From: Planctomycetaceae bacterium
GTDB lineage: Bacteria; Planctomycetota; Planctomycetia; Planctomycetales; Planctomycetaceae
Assembly (NCBI GenBank): GCA_023258825.1
Contig: JALQWE010000001.1
Span: 1-34,562 of the forward strand
DNA length: 34,562 bases
Reading direction: 5' to 3'
This document shows, piece by piece, positions 1 to 9,224 of the stretch; position 1 is the first letter of the stretch; each line of letters starts with the position of its first letter. A program made the translations under genes and the position numbers. The notes under the pieces were generated by a model. That model did no database searches. It had not been told where the DNA came from and saw only the letters and a program-made list of their open reading frames with translations.

Positions 1-739
1 GTTCCACACACCACAACGCCCCTTCCGCGTCCGCCATGATCACCCCCTGCTCTCCCCGGGTAATCACGCTGCGCAGACAGCCACGCTGTCTCAGACTCAA
101 CGCTGCTGCACAGGCTTCTTCGGTCGTCTGCACCGGCAGCCCCGTCAGCCGCTCCGCTTCTGTTTCGTTCGGCAAAAGCCAGTCTGCAGACAGAACAGCC
201 GTGTCCACATCCTCTCGCGCAGGAGCTGGATCCACAATCACCCGAACACCATGCCGGCGAGCCAGCAACACGGCTGCAGCGACTGTCTCCTGAGGAATTT
301 CGAACTGCAGCAACACCACGTCCGCTTCAGCAATCGCTGCCTCAGCCGCCCACACGTCTGCTGGCGTCAAAGCCGCATTCGCCCCGGGAATCACCACAAT
401 CGAATTCTGACCCCCGTCGTCCACCTGAATAACCGCCACCCCACTGCTTGTCCCCGCAGTTGTCCACACAAAACGCAGATCAATCCCCTCGCGGTGCAAA
501 CCGTCCCGCAGCAACTGCCCAAAGGCGTCGTCGCCCACACGCCCAACCATGGTCACTGCAGCCCCCAGACGCGCAGCAGCGACGGCTTGATTCGCTCCCT
601 TGCCACCCGGAATCTCCTCCAGCGATCGTCCCGAAATCGTCTCACCGGGGCGAGCGATTGTGGAACAGCGAATGACCAGGTCCATATTGATGGATCCAAT
701 CACCACAATCCCAGGCCTCCGGGAGCCTCCCGCGCTCAT
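1..739 (-). CDS. rbsK: ribokinase (PfkB family), N-terminal ~246 aa; the C-terminus lies beyond the window edge
   Basis: Absent from the ORF track because it runs off the edge. Hand translation of the minus strand from ATG (complement of 737-739) stays open to nt 1: MSAGGSRRPGIVVIGSINMDLVIRCSTIARPGETISGRSLEEIPGGKGANQAVAAARLGAAVTMVGRVGDDAFG...VVIPGANAALTP... GGKGANQAVAAAR and IPGAN match ribokinase signatures. The start overlaps the stop of the upstream hydrolase gene (ATGA). Confidence 0.85.
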   Translation of the reverse strand, partial: MSAGGSRRPGIVVIGSINMDLVIRCSTIARPGETISGRSLEEIPGGKGANQAVAAARLGAAVTMVGRVGDDAFGQLLRDGLHREGIDLRFVWTTAGTSSGVAVIQVDDGGQNSIVVIPGANAALTPADVWAAEAAIAEADVVLLQFEIPQETVAAAVLLARRHGVRVIVDPAPAREDVDTAVLSADWLLPNETEAERLTGLPVQTTEEACAAALSLRQRGCLRSVITRGEQGVIMADAEGALWCVE

Positions 740-1761
740 CGACCCTGCCCCTGCGGCGGCTCACTCGACAACTGCACCAGTGCTTCCGTCACCCGCACCT
801 GCTGCTCGGGAGTCACAGTCAAATACCGATGCAAGCCCGTTTCGCCCGGAACAAACGTCGTCAATCCCTTCTCATTCACCGTCACCGTCCCTTTCGGCGA
901 CAGACCGAAATATCCTCGGTCAGGAAACACGGCATACAGGACGCTTGTCAGGTCCCATGTCGGCCGATTGTGCGGCGGCGGCTCATACAGAACGTACGCT
1001 TCACTCAGCGGATGATGCGGAACATACTGGTAGTCCCGCTCAATACTCACGGCCGGATAGGGTATCGCCAACCCGATTTCAAAGCCGCTGTAAACAATCT
1101 CCCCCGGCCATTCCCGTGACAAGACCTGCGCTGAACTAATATCTTCCACCACGTTGTACTCCGGGTGCGGCTGGCCGTTGATCAGCGTAAACGCTCCTGC
1201 CATGACCGACAACAGTCGCACCTTCTTCTGCGCCAGCTCGCGGCCCGTCAATGGTGAAATGTCGTCAGCAGGCGACTTCAACAGGTTTGCCAGATTCGTG
1301 GAAAAACCCACCTGCACAATCACCACACTGCCATCCGCCTCGGCCGCCAACGCCTTTCGCAGGACCGCCACCGCATCCGCCGCATCCCGACCACTTTTCA
1401 AGTCGTGCGGATAACGTTCCCGTCCGCCATCCTGCTCACCAACCAGGCCCGTGAATCGGCTTTGCTGCGGGGTGATCCCGCTGCGACAGACCCCAATCGG
1501 AATCTCGCCCCGACCATAAAACGTGTTCACCGCGTCCACAAACGGAGCACACTGATCGTGGTCCTTGGTGATCGTAACGGCCACCAGCCGGCACTGACCA
1601 CGAGTCTGCAGGGCGTGAATCACTCCCATCGCCAGCACGTCGTCACAGTCGTTGCCAATATCTGTGTCGAAAATCAACGGAATGCCCGTCGGCGTCTGGC
1701 CCATAACCCGACAGGAACTTACCAAACTCAGGACCAGACACAGCAATACTCGCAACCACAT
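736..1761 (-). CDS. inosine-uridine-preferring nucleoside hydrolase family protein with an N-terminal signal peptide
   Basis: 341-aa ORF. The N-terminal aspartate cluster FDTDIGNDCDDVLAMG is a variant of the IUNH DxDxxxDD motif. It has a hydrophobic leader, MWLRVLLCLVLSLVSSC, and is translationally coupled to the ribokinase gene. Confidence 0.75.
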   Translation of the reverse strand: MWLRVLLCLVLSLVSSCRVMGQTPTGIPLIFDTDIGNDCDDVLAMGVIHALQTRGQCRLVAVTITKDHDQCAPFVDAVNTFYGRGEIPIGVCRSGITPQQSRFTGLVGEQDGGRERYPHDLKSGRDAADAVAVLRKALAAEADGSVVIVQVGFSTNLANLLKSPADDISPLTGRELAQKKVRLLSVMAGAFTLINGQPHPEYNVVEDISSAQVLSREWPGEIVYSGFEIGLAIPYPAVSIERDYQYVPHHPLSEAYVLYEPPPHNRPTWDLTSVLYAVFPDRGYFGLSPKGTVTVNEKGLTTFVPGETGLHRYLTVTPEQQVRVTEALVQLSSEPPQGQGR

Positions 1762-2011
1762 GACTCTTGTTCCGAAAAAATACAGGAGCGGCCAGCATCA
1801 TGACCACGCTGTATTTTTAGCGACCGCTCCATCGGTTTGTACAGCGTTCACCGTCAGCAGGTCTCCACTCCATGACCCGCCACAGGACTTCACAGAACGG
1901 CCCAACCGCAATCAGCCAACTCGGGACTTTGTGTGAAACACCCACCGGCCGTCTTGCAATCCACACCGGAGGTCCCGGCAACCTCAGACGACAGCTTGAA
2001 CTCGCCCGGTC

Positions 2012-3397
<1,386 letters not shown>

Positions 3398-3479
3398 GCC
3401 CCTGCATCTGAATGTTCACCGGACGCCAGAAAGGACGCCGCTGACTCGGCTTCGGCAACGCGTCCCCACCAACACCAGT

Positions 3480-3842
3480 CTACTCGGGGCGCTTGCCATG
3501 TTCCACAATCACGTTGGTCCGAATCCCGCCACGTGGTGTAAACGCTGCCTCAATTTTGATCCACCGTGGATTGGTCACCGCCACCAGATCGTCCAGAATC
3601 ATATTGGTCACACGCTCGTAATAAGCCCCGTGATTCCGGTACTGCTGCAGATACATCTTCAGCGATTTCAACTCGTAACACACCTTGTCCGCGATGTAGG
3701 TGATGGTCAGAGTCCCGAAGTCGGGCTGGCCCGTCTTCGGACACATCGACGTGAACTCCGGCGCAATTGTTTCCACCACAAAATTGCGATGCGGGAATGG
3801 ATTCTCAAAGGTTTCCAGAATATCGCGAGTTGGGTCTGCCAT
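3480..3842 (-). CDS. queF: NADPH-dependent 7-cyano-7-deazaguanine (preQ0) reductase, type I
   Basis: 120 aa. Catalytic Cys context [20 protein letters not shown] and the QueF motif [16 protein letters not shown]. Confidence 0.93.
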   Translation of the reverse strand: MADPTRDILETFENPFPHRNFVVETIAPEFTSMCPKTGQPDFGTLTITYIADKVCYELKSLKMYLQQYRNHGAYYERVTNMILDDLVAVTNPRWIKIEAAFTPRGGIRTNVIVEHGKRPE

Positions 3843-4033
3843 AGCGTCTACTCAAATTCCGTCAGATTCCGTAAGAAAACAGCCGTCACAGGCCGGAAAT
3901 TACCGTCTGACCCCCATCATAGTCCGCTCCCCCGCGTCTCAAACAACGCGAACCTTCCGAACAGGGGAATTCTCACAGAATGTCCTGCACAGCTCGGCCA
4001 AAACGCCCACGCCGACTCCGCCTGAGCGACTCT

Positions 4034-5386
4034 TCAACCCGTCACTCCCAGCAAACGCTTGACCCGCGTCTCAATCTGAGTCAAAACCTCGTAGTCACTG
4101 GGGTGCGGTGATGCAAATGCCGGACGCAGCGGTATCGGCACATCATCCATCCGATACACCGTGCCTCCTGTGTTGATCCCGTAGGTCGCCACTGAAAATG
4201 CCACCGTGGCCGCACGAGTCGTCGGGGTCTCTTTCGTATCCAGCGCAATAAACGGGATCGCAGCCAGATGTTCCCTCGCCGGTTGCGAAAAATTGGCCAT
4301 CGGGTCGCAGGCAATCGTCATCCCGCAGTCCGCTTCCCGATTCGCAAGAACGTCCGATGTTGTGTATTCCCCCGGATTGAATCGCGGATACCCGCGCGCA
4401 TGGTTGACACCAAACGGATAACCCGTCCGCCAGGACACCACGTTGTCGGCCCCCGTCACATTGCCGTGTCCCCGGTTCGGCTTGGCCACAAAACGAGTGT
4501 GAGCGTTCATGTCACGCGTCAACGCAAGCAGCGCTTCCGTGTTGGCATGCTTGCCACGCGTCATCGTCAGCCCCATCCCAAAGAAAATCACCCCGAACTT
4601 CGATGCTTTCATGCGTTCCATCAGGTCCTGCCAAACGGCGAACTCTACTCCCGTGTCTCGCTTCACCTGCTCAGGATCCAGGTCCAGTCCCTTCGCAAGG
4701 GCACGCAGTGTCCACAGGGCCTCGAAGTCTTTCTTCGGCTTGATCTGAATGAAGATGTCCGCCGCCTTCGCACTCTTTGTCCGCCGCACGTCCACAACCA
4801 CACACGTCCGGTCCTTGCGACCGTTAGGAACGAATAAACCCTTGGGCATCAGGCTGTATTTGGTGAAATGCCGAGGGTGACTTTCGGCTGGGTTCGATCC
4901 CCAGAACAGAATCATGTCCCCGCGATTTGCCACTTCCCCCAGCGAACACGTGACCTCGCCCACTCCCTGAAACGCCATGCCGCTCGGACCATGGCAGACA
5001 CTCGTTGTGGTATCCACAGTCCCGCCGATCCAGTCGCAGATCCCCACCGCAACCCGCTGAGCCTCGCAGGGGGAATCACTCAGGCCGTAAATGATCGGGT
5101 ACTTCCCCTCCGTCAGTATCTTCGCCGCTCGGTCGTAACCTTCTTCCAAAGTCGCAGGACGACCCTCAATCAGGCAACTGGAACGCTCTTCCACGCTGTG
5201 GTTCAGAAACCACGCTTTTCCCAGCACGCAGGCCCGCTTGGCTTCGACAATGTGGTTGTCTTTCACGCTCAGGTCAATGTCATCACAGACACAACCGCAG
5301 AAGGTGCAAACCGCATCCTCTATGATCTTCAGTTCCCCGGGAACACATGCTGTGGGTGCGTTCGCTTCAATGGATGCCGCTGTCAT
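4034..5386 (-). CDS. formylmethanofuran dehydrogenase subunit B-like molybdopterin oxidoreductase (FwdB/FmdB/FhcB family)
   Basis: 450 aa. The N-terminal Cys cluster CTFCGCVCDD...C (C27-x2-C30-x3-C34 ... C53) is typical of the 4Fe-4S domain of FwdB-type proteins. Overall length and the TSVCHGPSG segment fit the family, and the gene lies directly downstream of an FwdD-like gene. Confidence 0.8.
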   Translation of the reverse strand: MTAASIEANAPTACVPGELKIIEDAVCTFCGCVCDDIDLSVKDNHIVEAKRACVLGKAWFLNHSVEERSSCLIEGRPATLEEGYDRAAKILTEGKYPIIYGLSDSPCEAQRVAVGICDWIGGTVDTTTSVCHGPSGMAFQGVGEVTCSLGEVANRGDMILFWGSNPAESHPRHFTKYSLMPKGLFVPNGRKDRTCVVVDVRRTKSAKAADIFIQIKPKKDFEALWTLRALAKGLDLDPEQVKRDTGVEFAVWQDLMERMKASKFGVIFFGMGLTMTRGKHANTEALLALTRDMNAHTRFVAKPNRGHGNVTGADNVVSWRTGYPFGVNHARGYPRFNPGEYTTSDVLANREADCGMTIACDPMANFSQPAREHLAAIPFIALDTKETPTTRAATVAFSVATYGINTGGTVYRMDDVPIPLRPAFASPHPSDYEVLTQIETRVKRLLGVTG

Positions 5387-5498
5387 CGTTCTGCCTTTGT
5401 CCCGGATTCAGTCGCCCCGAACCCCAATACTGTGTTGCTTCGTCCCTGACCAGTCCCGCCCGACCAGTCCTGCCTGGCACCTGCACACCACCACCTCG

Positions 5499-5861
5499 TC
5501 AACCGACGTTGGCGCGTTCCACAAGTTCCATCGTTACTTCCATCCCTTTGCTGGTGGGCATCCCTGACCCATGAGTATCCCCGACCATCATCCGACTGGA
5601 AATATCTCCATAGGCAATGAACAGAATCCCCTCCGGCAACTCATCTTTTTTCCCTGCCGTAATGCACACTTCCACCGACTGCCCCTCTTCGCCAGTCAAG
5701 CGGACCCGGTCCCCCTCCAGCAGGCCCAGTCGCGCCATATCGCCCGGAGCCACCTGGAGGGCTCTGATTTCCTTCTGATACTTATCCTGAAACTTGCCCT
5801 CACTGATGCCACACCCCTGATCCGTGGTGCGGCCGGGGATCAGAATGAACGTGTCTGTCAT
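5499..5861 (-). CDS. formylmethanofuran dehydrogenase subunit D-like protein (molybdopterin dinucleotide-binding beta-barrel domain)
   Basis: The track ORF 5499-5900 opens with a TTG that sits inside a hairpin/T-run. The ATG at the complement of 5859-5861 gives MTDTFILIPGRTTDQG..., the usual FwdD N-terminus (FILxxGRTxxQG). About 120 aa, with ...APGDMARLGL.EGDRVRL.... Confidence 0.75.
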   Translation of the reverse strand: MTDTFILIPGRTTDQGCGISEGKFQDKYQKEIRALQVAPGDMARLGLLEGDRVRLTGEEGQSVEVCITAGKKDELPEGILFIAYGDISSRMMVGDTHGSGMPTSKGMEVTMELVERANVG

Positions 5862-5898
5862 TTTTCTGCCAAGTCCATACCCACAAAAATCAGGGTTC

Positions 5899-5919
5899 AA
5901 AAAACGGCAGTTTCTGCCG
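5899..5919 (-). terminator. putative Rho-independent terminator downstream of cysE (or a leader hairpin of fwdD)
   Basis: The minus-strand RNA reads CGGCAG-AAA-CUGCCG followed by UUUUUU. It lies 80 nt after the cysE stop and 38 nt before the fwdD ATG. The stem is short, only 6 bp. Confidence 0.4.
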
Positions 5920-5999
5920 ATCTGTCATCTCAGCCAAATACCACTATCCCGCTTTTCATCGTCAATTCCAATTCCGGGCACTGCCTGAATCAGCCACAC

Positions 6000-6809
6000 T
6001 CAGATCGATCCCCCGAGATTCAGGGCGTGATCCATGTCCAGAGCCGGCAAATTACTGACAGGTCGCCCGACGACCACCGCAGGAACCCCCGCCACCGTGC
6101 AGTGAGCCGGAACGCTTTTCAGCACCACGCTCCCCGCACCAACCTTGGCTCCCTCACCGATTTCCACGTTGCCCAGAATCTTCGCTCCGGCACCGATCAA
6201 AACTCCCCGTCGCACTTTCGGATGCCGATCACCCGTTGCTTTTCCCGTGCCACCCAGAGTCACCTCGTGAAGCAACGAAACATCGTCCTCAATCACCGCG
6301 GTTTCCCCGATCACAATCGATGTGGCATGATCCATCAGAATTCCACGGCCAATCTTCGCCGCCGGATGGATATCCACCCCGAATTCCTCTGAAATTCGGT
6401 TCTGCAGGTAAACCGCCAGCAATTCTCGCCCCTGACACCACAACCAGTGCGAAAATCGGTAGGCCGTCAGAGCATGAACCCCCTTCAGAAACAACAACGG
6501 GATCAGACAACATTTCACCGCCGGGTCGCGTTCCTGGACCGCACGAATGTCCGCACAAATGGACTCAACAATCGAACTGTCCCGACGCATCGCTTCCTGC
6601 ATAATTTCCCGCATCTGCATCGCAGACAATGTGCTGGCCGACAACTTGCCGGCCAGGTGATAACTGATCGCGTCTTCCAGACATTCGTGATTCAGAATCG
6701 TTGCGTGCAGAAAACTGGCCAGCATCGGCTCTGTGGCCGCCCGCTGCGACGCTCGCTCACGAATCGCCAGCCAGAGAGCCGTTGTGGATTCAGTTGCAGT
6801 TGTTGACAT
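6000..6809 (-). CDS. cysE: serine O-acetyltransferase
   Basis: Hexapeptide-repeat C-terminus GVDIHPAAKIGRGILMDHATSIVIGETAVIEDDVSLLHEVTLGGTGK..GDRHPKV..GVLIGAGAKILGNVEIGEGAKVGAGSVV, plus a SATase N-terminal helical domain. The likely start is MSTTATEST (complement of 6807-6809) rather than the track start at 6860. Confidence 0.9.
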   Translation of the reverse strand: MSTTATESTTALWLAIRERASQRAATEPMLASFLHATILNHECLEDAISYHLAGKLSASTLSAMQMREIMQEAMRRDSSIVESICADIRAVQERDPAVKCCLIPLLFLKGVHALTAYRFSHWLWCQGRELLAVYLQNRISEEFGVDIHPAAKIGRGILMDHATSIVIGETAVIEDDVSLLHEVTLGGTGKATGDRHPKVRRGVLIGAGAKILGNVEIGEGAKVGAGSVVLKSVPAHCTVAGVPAVVVGRPVSNLPALDMDHALNLGGSI

Positions 6810-6988
6810 GGCAATACAGTGAAAAATGGAAAGTCTTACGGACATCCAGAGCAGGAACAACCCCGAAACACCCCGGTTGCACGGTAATCTGGTCGACGCA
6901 CAACCGAAACGATATCATTCTATGGTCCATTCCGGATATCGTGACCGTCACACGACCCTCCTGTCGAGAAAATCCCGAAGGCCAGTCC

Positions 6989-7492
6989 ATGAAAAACCGC
7001 ATTCTTCGTTCTGCTGCTGCGTTTTGTGCCGGCGCCATCGCCATGGCTGCCGTCTTTACACTGCTGCCCGGGAAACTCGCCCAGGCCCCGGTTGCCAATG
7101 GAAATGACAAGTTTTCCATGATCACAGTTCCCCTGCAGGAAACCGGCGTCCCCGAAGGTGTGTTCGTACTCAATAACCTCACAGGACTGCTCGTCGGGGG
7201 TGCCATCAACGAGAGCACCTCAAAATTCAGCTACCGCTACGTCCACAATGTCGCTGCTGACTTCCAGACCGGCAACACGCCCGATCCCAAATATGCCATC
7301 GTGACCGGCCCCGCCAATCTTCGGGCATCCGGAGGTGTCCAGCCCGCATTCGGCATCATCTACGTGGCCGAGCTGTCCAGTGGACGCGTGATTGCCTACG
7401 GATTTCCGCGACCAACCAATCGCAACGTCGGGTCCACAAACCCCCTCGTAATCCTCGACTTCTTCCAGTTTGCTGAAGGTGTCGGTCAGTAA
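6989..7492 (+). CDS. small secreted protein of unknown function (167 aa)
   Basis: Internal ATG at 6989 of track ORF 6701-7492 gives MKNRILRSAAAFCAGAIAMAAVFTLLPGKLAQA, a signal-peptide-like leader. The upstream part of the ORF overlaps the divergent cysE. I recognise no domain. Confidence 0.55.
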   Translation: MKNRILRSAAAFCAGAIAMAAVFTLLPGKLAQAPVANGNDKFSMITVPLQETGVPEGVFVLNNLTGLLVGGAINESTSKFSYRYVHNVAADFQTGNTPDPKYAIVTGPANLRASGGVQPAFGIIYVAELSSGRVIAYGFPRPTNRNVGSTNPLVILDFFQFAEGVGQ

Positions 7493-7549
7493 GACACCCA
7501 CTCGGTCCTGCTGATTCTGCCGTCTATCCTCTTCATTCGGAGTGTTGCC

Positions 7550-8578
7550 GTGACCGCCCGGAAGCCCCTGTGTCTCTTCGCATGTGTCGTGTTTGCCTGT
7601 GTTTTCAATCAGGCAACCGCCGTCGCTCAGGCCAAAAAAACGCCGGAGCCCGGAAAAAAGAATGCAGTGGCGACCGGTGACGCCGCCAAAGCTCCCGCCA
7701 AACCAGGTGCGCCCGCCCAGGCCGCTAATAAAGATGGCACCATTGACGTGGTTCTGCCCACTCCGGATGGCTGGCAGATTCACTGCACCTGGTTCGAATC
7801 AGCTGCCGGTCGGGAATCGGCGTGCGCGATTCTTCTCACCGCCACCGATGGACTCGGCGAAAAAGACGCTCGCAACCGACGAGTCTGGCAACCGACCGCA
7901 CTCGCCCTCCAGAAAGCCGGCTTTGCAGTCATCACAGTCGACCTCCGCAAACACGGCGACAGCATCCCGGTGTCACCCACCGGCGAACCGCTGGCGATGA
8001 AAATCTCAAATGCAGACTACCCGCTGATGGCCAGCTCAGACCTCGAAACGGTCAAAGCCTTCCTCATGGAGCAACACAAAGCCGAGATGCTCAACATCCG
8101 CAAGCTGAGTATCGTCGCCATGGGCTCCAGTGCTCTGGTCGCCACCGCCTTCACTATCGAAGACTGGGCAAAAACCCCCTACCCGGATGCACCTACCATC
8201 GACCAGAGAACCCCTCGCGGTCAGGATGTCCGGTCCCTGATCATGTACAGCCCCAACACCACCGTCCGAGGTCTCAACACGACGGCACTTCTGAAAACCC
8301 TCAAAGGGCTCCCCGTGCCCGTCTATGTCATTGCGGCCAAAGACAACAAAGACGATGCGCGGCACGCCGACAAAGTCTTCAAGGCCATCGAACTCAAAGG
8401 CGACCAGTTCAAAGACTCCCGCAAACTTCTGCTGACCCCCGGACAAACACACGCCGAAGCCTACCTCGAAGGCCAACTCGCCGCCGCCACACAGAAAGAC
8501 ATCATCGACTTTCTGACCCGCAACGTCAAAGACCTTGAAGCCCCCTGGACCGACCGCACAGACCGCCGCACCAAATAA
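7550..8578 (+). CDS. secreted protein, alpha/beta-hydrolase-fold-like (function uncertain)
   Basis: 342 aa with a GTG start. Signal peptide MTARKPLCLFACVVFACVFNQATAVAQA, then a Lys/Pro/Ala-rich linker. The layout resembles an alpha/beta fold (..AILLTATDG.., ..VITVDLRKHGDS.., ..LSIVAMGSSALVA.., ..PVYVIAAKDN..), but there is no clean GxSxG. Confidence 0.5.
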   Translation: MTARKPLCLFACVVFACVFNQATAVAQAKKTPEPGKKNAVATGDAAKAPAKPGAPAQAANKDGTIDVVLPTPDGWQIHCTWFESAAGRESACAILLTATDGLGEKDARNRRVWQPTALALQKAGFAVITVDLRKHGDSIPVSPTGEPLAMKISNADYPLMASSDLETVKAFLMEQHKAEMLNIRKLSIVAMGSSALVATAFTIEDWAKTPYPDAPTIDQRTPRGQDVRSLIMYSPNTTVRGLNTTALLKTLKGLPVPVYVIAAKDNKDDARHADKVFKAIELKGDQFKDSRKLLLTPGQTHAEAYLEGQLAAATQKDIIDFLTRNVKDLEAPWTDRTDRRTK

Positions 8579-8580
8579 CC

Positions 8581-8950
8581 CCCGAAAGGTGCCACCCACC
8601 CAATCAGATCCCCCTGCCCGAAAGGTGCCACCCACCGGTGCTGAAGGTGCCACCCATCCAATCAGGCCCCCTGAGGACCCCAAACTGGGCAAACTGGGTG
8701 CCACCCACCGTGGCAATGCAGCCCGTTCGTATTCGCAAACACCGCTCATTAGGCTTTGTCGTCTGTTTGGAAGGTCGAATGGGCCCAGATTCGGACATAC
8801 TGGCCTTTTTCTCCACGACACAGTAAGCGAAGCACCCATGGTGCCCCCCACTTTTATCGAGCAACGCAACCAAACGCTGCCGACACAAAGAGATGGACAC
8901 AAAGAGGTGCCACCCATCCTGATTCAAAATCTGGGTGCCACCCACCGTGA
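8581..8950 (+). repeat. cluster of seven same-orientation GGTGCCACCCA motif copies (REP-like intergenic repeats)
   Basis: Motif copies at 8588, 8624, 8646, 8697, 8840 (1 mismatch), 8906 and 8934. Longer perfect sub-repeats are CCCGAAAGGTGCCACCCACC at 8581 and 8617, and CTGGGTGCCACCCACCGTG at 8694 and 8931. Confidence 0.85.
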
Positions 8951-9224
8951 TGCAAATTCTGCGTTCGGAAACAAAACCAAAGCACTGTGCTATACCGATC
9001 GTGACGCGTCGCGCCGGAAACCGAACGTTGTGTCGGCCCCCAATTACCGACACGGAAGTCTCCTATTTTCTACCGTTGACCATTTCCACTGCGGATTAGT
9101 TATCAAGAGTCTCAGAAGGACCTACTTGATCTCACCGCCCCTTCGCTGTAAATCTCAGCAGTTCAGGGTCGACTCGATGTCAAACCACCGTCTTCTTCGA
9201 TAGCAATTCAGTGCCCTGAAAAAG

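Noticed and set aside
251-1803. Plus-strand ORFs 251-1015, 600-1139, 1405-1803 and others
   Set aside because: They run antisense to the clearly homologous ribokinase and nucleoside hydrolase genes. Their Pro/Arg/Ser-rich composition is typical of shadow ORFs in GC-rich DNA.
3843-4033. preQ1 riboswitch upstream of queF
   Set aside because: The leader shows only loose CCGT(C/A) repeats at 3859, 3869, 3883 and 3903. I could not find the short P1 hairpin plus A-rich ...AAAAAACUA tail of preQ1-I. A covariance-model scan (Rfam RF00522/RF01054/RF02680) would settle it.
4890-4902. tRNA T-arm-like GGGTTCGATCCCC
   Set aside because: It lies inside the FwdB-like CDS, and no acceptor, D or anticodon arms can be drawn around it.
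5862-5999. Moco/Tuco riboswitch in front of the fwdD-fwdB molybdoenzyme genes
   Set aside because: The region is only about 140 nt, and I could not find the conserved GCCUCCGAG / AAAGGA-type segments I recall for the Moco RNA motif. Only a short hairpin plus T-run is present, annotated as a possible terminator.
8036-9203. Long ORFs over the 8.6-8.95 kb repeat cluster (8036-8917 minus, 8535-9203 plus, 8604-9053 minus, and smaller ones)
   Set aside because: They are created by the repeated GGTGCCACCCA units (recurring GGTF/WVAP/PPTG peptides). They overlap one another in several frames and run antisense into the well-supported 7550-8578 gene. They have no start context and no recognisable domains.
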